Source: Octopus vulgaris
Lineage: Eukaryota
Reading direction: 5' to 3'
Length of the DNA stretch: 64,000 nt
Assembly (NCBI GenBank): GCA_951406725.2
Contig: OX597822.1
Location: 75,454,001 to 75,518,000 of the forward strand
Part shown: one piece after another, positions 16,539-29,977 of the stretch
Layout: each line of letters begins with the position of its first letter
How positions within the stretch are numbered: the stretch's first letter is position 1
Notes under the pieces: generated by a model
Database searches by the model: none
The model's input: the letters and a program-made list of their open reading frames with translations, nothing else
Told to the model about the DNA's origin: nothing
Position numbers and translations under genes: made by a program

Positions 16539-17049
16539 ATGATAGAGAAAGAAAGACATAGAGAGGCGGAAGAAAAAGAGAGTAGCGGGTGAGAGAAAGA
16601 GAAAGGGAGAGACTGTGTGTGTGTATGTAAGTATATGCATTGAATTATTTAAATATATGCATACATACACGTAGATGACATATATTCGACACACACACAT
16701 ACACACACACACACACACACAAACACAAACACATACACACAAACACACACACACCTGTGCACAGACACCTCCATATATATATCTACACGTATGCATATCA
16801 TATTTTTCATCAGTTTATAAGATTAGAAATAACTTTAATATAATTAATTTTAGCTGTACAATCTTTTTTTTTTGTGTGTGAATTTACATATATTTTAGCT
16901 TCATTGATATCATATATGTTAGCTGTATTGCTATTATGAAGCTATATCTTTTATTGTGAAGAAATTTATAATCTGTCAATATCGTCATAGTTTTAACACA
17001 AAACCGTACACATACTCACCTCTATGTACGTACGTATGTATATATGTAT

Positions 17050-17920
17050 GTATGTCATTATTCAGTTATATTTCAAGATTTCTTGCCAATAGGGAAAGAA
17101 CCGGTTTCTAACTTAAATCCAAAGCTCTTTCATTAGAATTTCAACATCAACAAGTTATTTTTGTATGTATGTATGTATGTATGTATGTATGTATGTATGT
17201 CCTTATTCGGTTTTATTTCAAGACTAGCAGTATCGCCCGGCGTTGCTCGAGTTTGTAAGGGAAATAACTATATAAGCATTTTTAGAGAGTTATAGCCAAA
17301 AAATAGCAAAAAATGCATTAAAAATGGAAAAAAATTATGGTAATTTTTTTAAAAATCGTTGACTCATCGTAGACATTTTTAGAGCGTTACATCCCTTATA
17401 TAATAGCGAAAAAATGCATTAAAATGGAAAAAAATGATGGTAAATTTATTTTTAAATCGTAGACTCATCGTAGACGAGCGCTAATACCCAGAATGGCTCG
17501 ATATGAATCACGACTAGAAGATACCCGGTTTTGGTTAAACTGCGCCGCAAAATGTGGGAGTAATTAGGAATCTAAATCGTAGGAGACAGACACACAACCT
17601 TACTTTTATATATAAAGATTTCCGGCCAGCAGAAAAAGGGCCGGTTTCTAACCTAGATCTAAGGCTCCTTCATTGGAATTTCAACATAAACTACAGAGTA
17701 ATTTAGTATGTATGTTTACGAGCAGATTTTTATATTTTATCTTATGTAAACATTCGCATGCATATAGTTGCATGTCTAGACATGCTCATATATACGTAAA
17801 TGATAAACTTCCGGAAAGTTTTACAGATTTTTACAGTTCCAGTGATGGATTGGGTCTGTTGACTTCGAATCAGTTTTTTCCTTTCTGGATTTGAGAAACC
17901 TGATTTCACGAGATTGGTAT
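17050..17920 (-). mobile_element. Modular (ACAT)n-tailed interspersed repeat
   Basis: Module TTATTCAGTTTTATTTCAAGATTTCTTGCCAATAG...CCGGTTTCTAACCTAGAT occurs twice here and in opposite orientation at 28255-28815. Confidence 0.75.
17224..17618 (-). mobile_element. Non-autonomous Helitron-type element
   Basis: On minus strand starts TC and ends CTAG, subterminal hairpin (CCCGGCGTTGCTCGAG on plus), inserted between A and T of the host repeat with no TSD. Confidence 0.85.
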
Positions 17921-18197
17921 GTATGTATGAATATATGTATGCATGTATGTATGTATGTATGTATGTATGTATGTATGTATGTATGTATGTATGTATGTAT
18001 GTAGGCATATATGTTTGAATGTATGTATGTATATATGTATGTATGTATTATGTATGTATGTATGTACGTACGTGCGTACGTATGTATGCATGCATATATG
18101 TATGTATGTTTGTATATATGTATCTTTGCACGTATGTGTACGTCCATGTATGTACGAGTATATATGTATATATATATATGTGTGTGTGTGTGTGTAT

Positions 18198-18505
18198 TCA
18201 ATTAGAGGTTAAATTAACCTCATTAAGGGAGGGTGTCATCCAATGAATTACTGGTTCGTTACCTAATATTTGTTGTGAATAATAATATTCATAAAACAAT
18301 AGGTTTATATATAAATCATGGTTTATAATCATTCAAAAGAAAGTAAGACGATGGAAATATAGCATTTAATAAAAATTTATTATCTGCAAAAATCAAACAT
18401 AGTGTCTTACAGCTGTTTCAATTAAGCCTGAAAGATTAAATAACAATTATTAAAATCATTATATTAGGCAAAATCTCTTCAGAGGGGTAGAAAAAATATA
18501 TACCT
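18198..18505 (-). mobile_element. Penelope-like terminal repeat with HHR motif at 18403-18487
   Basis: Minus strand CTGAAGA-GATT...AATT-GAAA-CAGCTG-TA; homologous to 52250-52545. Confidence 0.65.
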
Positions 18506-18628
18506 TTAAGTTGTGTTGTATTTTAGAATCATCACAACAAACTCTGCTGTGATTATTCTAAAATACAACACATAAAAAAACCTCAACAGAAAAATCACAC
18601 ACACACACACTCTCACACACACACACAA

Positions 18629-18710
<82 letters not shown>

Positions 18711-18997
18711 ATTCATTACATTTTAAAACTTACTAACTTCTTATGGCGTCAACTACAAACAATTCTTGCTAGTAAGAATAAAGTTTCTAAAACAGGCATA
18801 AAACAATTTGGTCTGATGGTAGAACGTCTGCCATGCTTACAGAAAATATATACCACTGCAACTTTCGATATTTATTTTATCCAAAATATATTTTTAACTC
18901 AATATTTACACGCTAATATTTATAGGTTTATTTGCTTCGAGATTCCCCATTCCTGGAAATGTAAGAAACATTTCACATTCACGAAGTTTCTAAATTC

Positions 18998-19073
<76 letters not shown>

Positions 19074-19380
19074 GCCACTCTCTCTCTACATATATATTTA
19101 TTTATTTATTTATATACACACGCACACTCACACACACACTCGCACAAGCACACACACACATACACACACATATTAAGATGATACATACCACAAGACAACG
19201 TAAATAATAAAGGTGTATGAAGAACTCAATACAGTATGTTAGAGTAAAATATCGTTATAATTTTCGTTTTAATCTGAGATTGAAAGGACAGCATCAATTG
19301 TTTTCAGATTTTAGCGATTTTTCCGAGTAATCAATGGTATAAATGAAACAAATTAAGCGTTTAAATGAAAATGAATTACC

Positions 19381-19411
<31 letters not shown>

Positions 19412-19938
19412 TTAGAAGAAGAAGAAGAAGAAGAAGAAGAAGAAGAAGAAGAAGAAGAAGAAGAAGAACGACAACAACAACAACAACGATGATGATGATG
19501 ATGACGATGATGACGATAATATTGATGATGATGATGATGATAATGATTACAGCAAATAAAGAAAAATAAATAAATAACCGTCGCATAACACGTTAACTAT
19601 ATAAAATGCTTTGATGTATTTGGAATAATATTTTATAAGGCGATTGGACGTTAATAAAAAAAATTATTTAGTCAACACGATGAAAACGTTCCTTATTTTT
19701 GTCATCATAAATGACTGATGGCCTTATATAATGTTTGAACAAGATCAAAAAGTTTTATTGCTTTTTTTTTATAATTTTTTCCGTAAAAAATAAAGTATAA
19801 ATATGATCTTTTTTTTTTTCATTTATTAAATCCGATTATTTAAAAATCATTTAAAATGGGAAGCAAATGGTCACTATTGATGTGATTTTCAGCTTGGTGT
19901 TAAAATACGTGTTTGTGCGTGCGTACCTATGTGTTGTG

Positions 19939-19994
<56 letters not shown>

Positions 19995-20200
19995 TACATA
20001 TATACACATACATACACATACACGCAGAGACACACACACACATACATCTATGTGTGTGTTTTCATACATATATGTATATATGTATATGTATATATTCATA
20101 TATATGTATATATTTATATGTATATATATAATTATATGCATATATATATGTATATGTATATATATATGTGTGTGTGTATGAATGTATGAATGTATAAATG

Positions 20201-20248
<48 letters not shown>

Positions 20249-20352
20249 TATATGTATACATATATAAACATATATATATATGTATACATATATAAACATA
20301 TATATATATGTATATATATGTATGTACATATTTATATGTATATATATATATA

Positions 20353-20395
<43 letters not shown>

Positions 20396-20487
20396 GTATA
20401 AATGCATTTATTTATATATATATATATATGTATACATATATAAACATATATATATATATGTATATATATGTATGTACATATGTATAG

Positions 20488-20566
<79 letters not shown>

Positions 20567-20952
20567 TGTATGTGTGTGTGTGTGTGTGTATTTGTATTCC
20601 TTTCTATTTACTAAAGCTTTCAGACCTGACTCATGTTCTTGTAAGTGCATACCGTTTAGTGATGCAGATGCAGGCCATTATAGCGAACCTTACCATTTGT
20701 CTGCTACTTGCCAGGAAGAATAAACATCAAAGTCAAAATGGAGTTTGCTTATTTATTTATATAGAGCGACATTATAAAGTAGCGGTACAACTTCAAATTT
20801 TTATTTTTAACGGTTTGTAACTTTAATATATGTGATAGAAATAATCTCATTTAGACGCCTCATGCTGGTATTATGTTGGTCGTCAATTAAAAAAAATATA
20901 CTATAATAAACGGTCATTAACTTCGAAAATAAAACACCTTGATTATTGCTTC

Positions 20953-21071
<119 letters not shown>

Positions 21072-21435
21072 ATTCGGTTTGATTGTGCAAATAACTTGTG
21101 GTTTACAGGTACCAATAGAAGCCAAAATGCCATTAAAAATCAGGTGAAAAATATTTGTGGAAGTTAAGAATAGCGGTTTGTGTAAACACAGTTTGTGTAA
21201 ATAATGGCAGGGAATATGTTAAAAATTAATTATGCCAAACAATACAGAAGTATTTGATTAATTCGACTTTATATTGGAGAAAATTAAAATAAATTTGAAA
21301 TTACATAAAAGCATGCATATTCATGTTGATTTACATATTGTTGTGCACGCATTCATACATACATGTATATATGCATATATGAATGCAAATACATATACAT
21401 ACATTCAAACATACATACATACATACATACATACA

Positions 21436-21466
<31 letters not shown>

Positions 21467-21986
21467 GTACGTACACATGTACATACATACATGCATGCAT
21501 GCATAATATATTCACATACACACACATACATACATACATGCATACAAACATGCATACATACATACAAACATACATACATGCATACATAATACATACATTC
21601 ATACATACATACAAATCTGTTCATATACATGCATACATACATATATACATGCATACATACACACATGCATGCATACATGCATTCATGGATACATATACTT
21701 TGCGCGTTTGTATACATGTATATAGGAGTAGCTGTGTGGTAAGTAGCTTGCTTACCTGTATCGTGATTAGATGTGTTTTTTGGCAGTGAGTCGAACGTTT
21801 TGTTGAACCTTGAATTATTTTTCTGTTGGAATTCTTGACTGTTTATTGTTGAACATTTTCGAACTGTTGAAAATTGTTGAACTGTTAAACGTTAAAACTT
21901 TTTGTGCTTTTTCCCGGTGACGTGAGTAATTGTTTGTGTAAAGCCATTTTTGCAGTTGTGAATTGTTGAAATATTGAACTTGTCAA

Positions 21987-22410
21987 AGCCGTTGTAGGCT
22001 TTATTGTGTCGCCCCCGCCCCTGCGAGGGTGGAATTTAAACTGTTATCCTCAGTAAGAGGAAAAAAATATTATAGGTTTTCCGTTTTTGGGGATAATCAA
22101 TATATTATTGTGTAAAAAATTTAATTTTAGCCGTTGTAGGCTTTATTGTGGCACTCCGCTACTAGCGGGGGTGAGATTTGAACTGTTCTCCTCGTTATGA
22201 GGAAACGAAGAAAAAAAAAATTATATTATAGGTTTCCCGTTTTGGGGGATACCGTATTTTTATTATTGTGTGAAAAATTTAATTTCGACCGTAAGCTTTG
22301 TTGTTACGTCTCGCCCCCCCCTCCGCCAGCGGGGTTGGGATTTGAACTGTTGTCCTCGTTGAGAGAAAAAAGAGTAAAAAATTATAGGCTTCCCGTTTTC
22401 TAGGATTAAA
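21987..22410 (+). repeat. Three diverged tandem units of ~140-160 bp
   Basis: Units start at ~21987, 22129 and 22288 (GCCGTTGTAGGCTTTATTGTG...GAACTGTT..CTC...ATAGGTTTCCCGTTTT). Confidence 0.85.
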
Positions 22411-22424
22411 TTTCGAACGAATAT

Positions 22425-22655
22425 ATACGCTACTCCTTAGAGAGGGTGAGGAAGCTTTCTAGCGCAGAGGGGGCACTGGTACATTTAGACCAGTCTAAGG
22501 CATTTGATAGGGTCGACCATCGGTCGATAGGGCCCGACCTTCCACGGTTGGATTGCTGCGTTGTACAGCGACATCGCGTCTGTCATAAAAGTGAATTGTT
22601 TTCTTTCGAAGTCATTCAGGATCGAGCGCTCAGTGCATCAGGAGTGTCCCCTCCT
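22425..22655 (+). mobile_element. Tx1/L1-clade LINE reverse transcriptase fragment
   Basis: GALVHLDQSKAFDRVDHR, then in another frame YSDIASVIKVN...RSVHQECPL (QGCPLS motif); internal deletion. Confidence 0.8.
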
Positions 22656-22782
22656 GAAAAAGGCGGTGCTCCAGCATCGCCGCAGTCAAATGACTAAAAC
22701 AAGTGAAAACAAAGAATGTGTATACATTCACACACACACACACACACACTTTCCCTCTCTCACACTCACAGGCAAACACGCA

Positions 22783-22819
<37 letters not shown>

Positions 22820-23214
22820 CCTCTATCTCTCTCGCACACGCATACACACACTCTTTCTCTCTCTCGCTCTCGCACACACACACACTCTCTCTCTTTCTCT
22901 CTCACACACACACACTTTCTCTCTCTCGCACAAACAGACAGACAAAGACAGACACAAACAGACACACACACACCTTCCCTATCTCTCTCTCCTACACACA
23001 CACACACTCCCTATATTTCTCTTTCTTTCCCCCCACACACATCCCTCCTATTTCTCTCTCTTTCATACACACACGCACATAGAAGCATCCATGGATATGA
23101 ACCGTGTGTCATGTCTGACATTAAATGACATTTCATGGAACTCTAAGTGTATAATCGTTTAGAAATATTACTTTGGAAAATATTCATAACTATAGACCGA
23201 TTTTAATTTATTAA

Positions 23215-23650
23215 GGATCTTTTCGGCTTGAACAGCAGCTTTTTAAAATAATTTCCACGTAACTAAACTCTTTTAAACTTCGTATACTGGTAGAATGTGT
23301 TTATATAACATCTTTTTCTCTTGGCTTTATTGAGAAAATCTATAGTTTGTAAGATATTTGTTGTTTTTTTCTTCAATTTCTGCAAATTCAACCAATCAAT
23401 GACGTCTATTTGAGGTGAAAACATTCTGTGCCCTATGAATATGTCCCTCGTTTAAGAAACAGATTGGGTTTATTTACATTTCTGAAGAAAAAAGATACCC
23501 TTCCCCCCACCCCTAACCCTAACCCTAACTAACCCTAACCCTAACCCTAAGACAGATTGAAATGCAATAGATCGATACTAGGATCATAATTATGGGTGAC
23601 AATTTTATATAACACCGCTAGAAAAACTGCCGTTCAAACCGAAAAGAACC
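23215..23650. mobile_element. MITE with GG termini and TTAA-type target (Kolobok-like), containing (CCCTAA)n
   Basis: TIRs GGATCTTTTCGGCTTGAACAGCAGCTTTT / AAAAACTGCCGTTCAAACCGAAAAGAACC; flanks TTAA and TTTA. Confidence 0.8.
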
Positions 23651-23974
23651 TTTATTAACAAGTGCTAAAGTTTACTGTTAATCTTGCAAATGTTTTACAA
23701 AATATTTCTATCTATAGGGCAATAATTAAAATACAATAATTTTTTAATATTATATAAAATATGAAATTATATTCGGGAAACCAACGACGAAAGCATTTGG
23801 CCAGATTATAAATTTCATTGGAAAAATTTATGTATATATACATATATATATTTTTATTTGTTTGTCATTTTCTCTGTGGCCATGCTGGAGCACCGCCTTT
23901 TCGTCGAAGACATCGACCCCTAGACTTATTCTTTGTAAGCCTGGTACTTATGCTATCAATTCCTTTTCCCGAAC

Positions 23975-24184
23975 CGTGTGATCTCTTGAGCACCACCAGC
24001 TCAAATATTTTTTCCTCTGTCTTCCCTTCTTGGGATCTTTCCTTCTCCTTGTTTCCGACGAAGAGCTCCGCTCGAAACGTTAAACCCTTCTTCCTTTCTT
24101 TCCTGAGCGTCAATAATACTTTAATTGTTCCACGTCCTGCGTTGCTGTGTTTTTTTCTTTTTTTCTGTGTTTTCTTGTTTGGAT

Positions 24185-24190
<6 letters not shown>
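23975..24190 (+). mobile_element. Penelope-like terminal-repeat fragment with minimal HHR (24051-24085), nested in a minus-strand family A SINE (23855-24390)
   Basis: GTTT-CCGACGA-A-GAGC(TCC)GCTC-GAAA-CG-TT-AAAC. Confidence 0.6.
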
Positions 24191-24226
<36 letters not shown>

Positions 24227-24764
24227 ACAGGCTTCTTTCAGTTTCTGTCAACGAAATCCACTCACAACGCTTTTGGTCGTCCTGAAGCTATAGCAGAAGT
24301 CATTTAACCAAGGTATCACGTAGTGGAACTGAACCCGGAACCGTGTGGTTGGGAAACAAGCTACTTACCACACAGCCACGGCAGAGCCTATGTACGAGTA
24401 TATAGAAAGTGGGAAAAGCTTTAATTCATTAACTTTAACGAAGATGAGCAATTGTGTGATTTTAATTTGCTGTTTTATTGTTTAATTTTCTTTGTGCTGT
24501 ATGTACACTGAATTCATTAATTGCTCTAATTAAGACTCTTTGCTGTCCCTTCGGGCAATTAAATTAATCTGGCAGCTAATTTAATACCACTAACTGACCC
24601 CTGTGTGGATTTAAGAGAATCGACTCTGTTTTAAGTATTCCGACCAAATGTTTGGCTTGGTGACTGACACTTTTCTCCGAACCGCGCAATAATTCTGAAT
24701 GGCCTAGAAAGCATCATGGGCGCTGTCTTCCTTCTGATTGAAAGATTTTAAAAACTGTATATGT

Positions 24765-25235
24765 ATAGGTGCAGATATGGCTTCCCAACCACATGGTTCC
24801 GGGTTCAGTCCCACTGCACGGTACTTTGGGTTAGTGTCTTCTGCTATAGCTTCGGGCTGACCCACAGCCTTGTGAGTGGATTTTGTAGACGGAAACCGAA
24901 AGAGGTTCGTTTCTTTAGGAACGTAAACAGCACAACACCGGTTTCAAGCTGTGGTGGTGGACAAATAAACACATACGCACACACAAACACACACACACAC
25001 GCGCACACACATATATATACATACATGTGTATGTATATGTGCGTGCGTGTGTGTGTATGTGTGTTTGGTCCTACCACTGTTTGCTTGACAACCGGTGTTT
25101 GCGTCTTTTCGTCCCTAAAGAGACTGATCAAGTGAGTACAAGACTTAAAGCAATCAAGCACCGAAATCGTTCATTCGACTGAAATTATTCAAGGCGGTAC
25201 TCCAGCATGGCCGCAGAATAATAACTGAAACAACA
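24765..25235 (+). mobile_element. SINE family A, rearranged copy
   Basis: Head, CORE and tail match family A; includes an inverted internal fragment. Confidence 0.8.
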
Positions 25236-25699
25236 AAAAAAACAAAACAATATAATACATTCGCGTGTGTATTTCCGCCGAGGTTGACTTTGCCTTTCAT
25301 CCTTTCGGTGTCGATAAATTAAGTACCAGTTGCGTACTGGCTTCGATCGAATCGCTTGGCCCCCTTCCCGAATGTTTCAGGCCTTGTGCCTAGAGTAGGA
25401 AAGAATATATTCAAGTGTGTGTATGATTTTTAAAATTCTTTTTTGTCTCTTAAAAGATTTTTTTTATGTCTGGCCAGAACGGTATTGGTGCTAATCGGCA
25501 TTGCAACTTGCTTTCTTCCGAAATTAACAGGCACCATAAGTCTTCTCTGTTAGTATTAACATGGATTAAATAACCTCTAATGATACTGTAATAACTTCTG
25601 CTTCTTAAATACAAGAACTGTTAACTTCTTGATGGCAAAATTTTCGTTGCACCAACTGCGGCTTGGACATCGACACGGTTCCACTTCATCTTAATATAA

Positions 25700-26060
25700 C
25701 GTGGTACAATGAAAAGTTTGACACCAAATAAAAAAAAAAAGGTTTAATTGAAATTAACACTTTTAATTGTTAACAACAGAGCTGTAGTTGTATCTGTGCT
25801 TGTAGATGGATCTCCGACTTGGACACTCAGCGAGAGACTCAGGTGCATGCTGAGTGGTGCCTACACCAGAATGTTATGTGCAGTGCTCAACAACTCTTGT
25901 AGGGAGAACCCATCAAAAGAACGGTTGTATGGGAACGTACCAACTTTCTCTCATCAACCATCCAAGAGCGGAGATTGAGGATTGCTGGCCACTGCAGAAG
26001 AAATAAAGAACTTGTGAGTAATGTGTTGCTGTGGACAATCAGCCTGACTGGATGATATAT
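25700..26060 (+). mobile_element. RTE-clade LINE RT C-terminal remnant
   Basis: SVLVDGSPTWTLSERLRCMLSGAYTRMLCAVLNNSCRENPSKERLYGNVP, then in a shifted frame ERRLRIAGHCRRNKELVSNVLLW. Confidence 0.85.
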
Positions 26061-27341
26061 CGATTTAAAAAAAAACATTTTTTAGTGTTTTTGAATGATA
26101 AAAGTGTCTTCCACAGATTGTATTGATATTTGGGATATCATTTATTTATTAATTTACATATTCATTCATTGTTCTAAATTCTATTTTTATATCTTTCATT
26201 GCGTTATCTATGTTTTCTCTCCTCTTCGATCGATGTAAACCCCAACGTTTTGTGAGTTGTATTTCGTCTGAGTTCAAATTCCACCGAGGTCGACTTTGCA
26301 GTTCATCCTATCTAGGTCGATAAAATATTACCGGTTGAGCACTGGGTTCGATGTAATCGACTTCTCTGCACCCTGAAATTGCTGGTCTTGTGCCAAAATG
26401 TGAGACCAATATGCATTATTACAAATTAAATGAGCTAAGGGAAATAACTCAATTGGACCAATGACAAAAATTTGAATAATTAGATTAAAAGGTGATGTAT
26501 TATTAGATGTGTTACAAATTTTTAAAATGCGCTTCTTTCCCCTCTAAAATCCATGTAGTCATTCACCCATTCTACACTTTCGTTCCTAAACATTATAGGG
26601 TATAAATACATGTACAAGCTAACTAAAAATGGGTAGGTCCATTCACTGATTCATTCATAGGCAGGAAAAAGGAAATACAATGGTAACAGGTGCTGGAACT
26701 AGCAGAGTTAACGAGATCATTGCAATTCACTTGAAACATGCAAAAAAAAAAAGAAAAAAAGAAAAAAGAAAAACCACAAAAAATCAAAGCATTAGCTATA
26801 AAATTAAATTCAGTTGATTAAATTCCAATATCTGTTCAATTAAATTATTTTAGCATGTCTCAAGAATGGTGTTAAAGAGATAATCGCAATTCCGTCAAAT
26901 CACGCAGCAGAAAATAAAGAAAAAAAATTGCTTTAGCTACGAAAATTCAGCCATTAGATTAGTTTCAATGAAATAATCGCTTTTCAGGGATGAACACGAT
27001 TCACTGACAGGTAATCGTAACACTAATCATAATCTCTCTCTCTCTCTCTTTTTATCTGTCTGTCTGTCCGTCAGCCGGTCTGTCTGTCTGTCTCTTTCTC
27101 TCTCTCTCTCTCTCTGTCATTCTTACGCACCCGTAAGCAAGGAGACAGCAGCATGCATTTACTCCAGACTTTGCTACCAGCCATACTTAATGTACGCCCG
27201 CACGTGTAATACAGACACATATAAACACATACACGAACACGCAAGCACACATGCATACATATATCTATGCATAATATACACACACGCACACGCACTTTCG
27301 TCTCTTTCTCTCTTTTTCTCCCTCCGCGCTCTCTCCCTCAT

Positions 27342-27396
<55 letters not shown>

Positions 27397-27450
27397 GTCT
27401 GTCTGTCTGTCTGTCTATTTAGCTAGCTAGCTATGTATATATACATAGCT

Positions 27451-27815
27451 AGCTAATATAGCAGTCCAGAAATATAGGACGAATCCTGCCGTTGATTAGC
27501 TCTAAGAGGCCATCGCCTCTAGCTAGCTATGTGACACACGAACCTGTGTCCATTATAACCTTCGAACAGGGGAGGTCAGCCGCTTCCTTTTGCTGGTCAG
27601 GCATCTGCAGACTAGTTTCAGGGTATTTGTCCCTTATCAATGCAGAGCAGCCGAACCCAGCAGGCGTCGCTACTGACCGTCTGTTCGAAGGATTATTTAC
27701 CTAAATTCAGTGGAATACAGCAACTGGTTTTCAAAAATAGAAATATTAATATTCCTACGTTTCTCTAAAGGAGATTACGGCAGCAGTCCTATATTTATGG
27801 ACTGCCATATTAGCT
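27451..27815 (-). mobile_element. 365-bp rod-shaped element with an apical type I HHR-like motif (27604-27646)
   Basis: Nested inverted repeats; minus strand TCTGCA-TTGATAA-GGG(ACAAATAC)CCT-GAAA-CTAG-TC-TGCAGA. Confidence 0.7.
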
Positions 27816-28139
27816 TGGCGATAACTATTTATATGCAGTACCGATTCATTCGGCTAAAAACTCTTCAAGGCAGTGCCACAATATGGCCACAATGTAATAA
27901 CGGAAACAAATAAAAAATAAAAATCACACATTATACATATACACATAATACATGCATATATACATACGTACATACATAATACATACATACATACATACAT
28001 ACACATACATACATACATACATACATACATACATACATACATACATACATACATACATACATTAAAGCTGAAGATCAGTGAAAAAGAGAATACCTACCCT
28101 GAACTATTGGTAGTTATTCTATCCAGATTACAAGTTCAG

Positions 28140-28192
28140 GTTTATACCTGTAATTACTGAGGCCCTGGGCCTCAGTAATTACAGGTATAAAC
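28140..28192. repeat. Perfect 53-bp palindrome (26-bp arms, 1-nt spacer)
   Basis: GTTTATACCTGTAATTACTGAGGCCC-T-GGGCCTCAGTAATTACAGGTATAAAC. Confidence 0.97.
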
Positions 28193-28254
28193 ACTACCAA
28201 AATACATGTCTTGAGAAATTAGGCCAGAAAGGAGAACGTTAATTTGGAGACAAC

Positions 28255-28815
28255 AGATTCAATCCATCATTGGAACTGTAAAAATCTGTAAAACTTTGCG
28301 GAAGTTTATCATTTAAATATATATGAGCATGTATAGATATGCATCTATATGTATGAGAAAACATACATAAGGCAAAACGTACAATCCTTCAAAAACTTGT
28401 ACATAAACATATATACATGCACAGCAACCCAGCTAATGTTGAACTTGTAATAAAGAAGCCTTGGTTCTAATTTGGAAACTGGATCTTCTCAATTGGCAAG
28501 ATATCTAGAAATAAACCTAAAGAATTACATACAGACATTGTAAGAATCTGTAAAACCTTCCAGAAGTTTATCATTTAAGTATATGTGAGCATGTTTAGAT
28601 ATGCAACTAGAAGCATGAGAATACATACATAAAGCAAAACATACAAATCTGCACGTATACATGCATACATACGTACATACATACATTAAAAAAATACCCT
28701 GTTGTTGATGTTGATATTCCAATGAAGGATCCTTGAATCTAGGTTAGAAACCGGCTCTTTCTCTATTTGCAAGAAATCTTGAAATAAAACTGAATAATGA
28801 CATACATACATACAT
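28255..28815 (+). mobile_element. Modular (ACAT)n-tailed interspersed repeat, same family as 17050-17920
   Basis: Reverse-complement similarity; ends AATAAAACTGAATAATG-(ACAT)n. Confidence 0.75.
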
Positions 28816-29219
28816 CAAGGTAAAATTCGGAAACCAAGATACAATATACATCCTGTCATCATTTTATAACTTGTGAAAAAACAAAAGCAAAAACAAAAAT
28901 GGAAAACAAGTAAAATGTTTACGATATCAATCAAAAGTATTTTACTGTTAAAACCAATATGAGTATGAAAAGAAGCAAGAAGAAAACACAGAGGTCAAGA
29001 AAAACGGAAGTGGTATGAATCGATCAAAATTACACAGTGACGTCGTTGGATAAATTTATTGTTGTTTCAAAGGCTTGTAACACTGAATCATAACATACTT
29101 GTCTCTCCACGCTGTAGAAAATTATTCAAACGCATTAATATTAGACGCAGGTATGGCTGCTTTGAAAACATGTAACTACAGGTTCGTTTCTGCTGCGCGG
29201 TACCTTGGGCGCGTGTCGT

Positions 29220-29382
<163 letters not shown>

Positions 29383-29977
29383 ACTATGCCAAGCAGTGAA
29401 GGCGCATGGCCCGGTGGTTAGAGCGTCGAGCTTACGATTGTAAGGTTGTGAGTTCGCATCCCGAACCGGGCTGCGTGTTGTCTTCTTCAGCAATACACTT
29501 TATTTCACGCTGCTCCAGTTCACTCAACCTTGCTCGGACTTGTGCCTGGGAGGGTAACCTTCAAGTTGCAATCCCATGGTCATTCATGAACAAAGGCGGT
29601 CTCAAATATGCCAACCAATGCCTTGTGATTGGATTTAGCAGACCGAAACTGTGTGAGAACTCATCGCACCTGCAGTTCGTTTTGATCTGAAGTCTATAGA
29701 CGGCGATGCAATTGGTGCAGGAAGTGTACTCAGGTGTGACTGTGAAGAATTGCTGTGTATTCAGTCAGCCATTTATGAATGTATGCATAAATGGAGAACA
29801 AATCCGTGTTTACCTCAGTGAATACGTATTCGTTATTATACATTGTTTGCACACGGTAGCGTAACCAACGAACTGACCTCGGTGCTTTCACTGTTTAAGT
29901 ACCTAATTCTCTTGAATCCTGGAAATGCATACATACATAATATATATATAATTGTATTTATGTGCTTTCTGAGTATA

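Noticed and set aside
21987-22410. Regularly spaced repeats as a CRISPR-like array
   Set aside because: Whole units are homologous with no unique spacers; eukaryotic context; no cas genes.
23511-23549. Chromosome end or fusion site
   Set aside because: Only about six CCCTAA units, lying inside a MITE.
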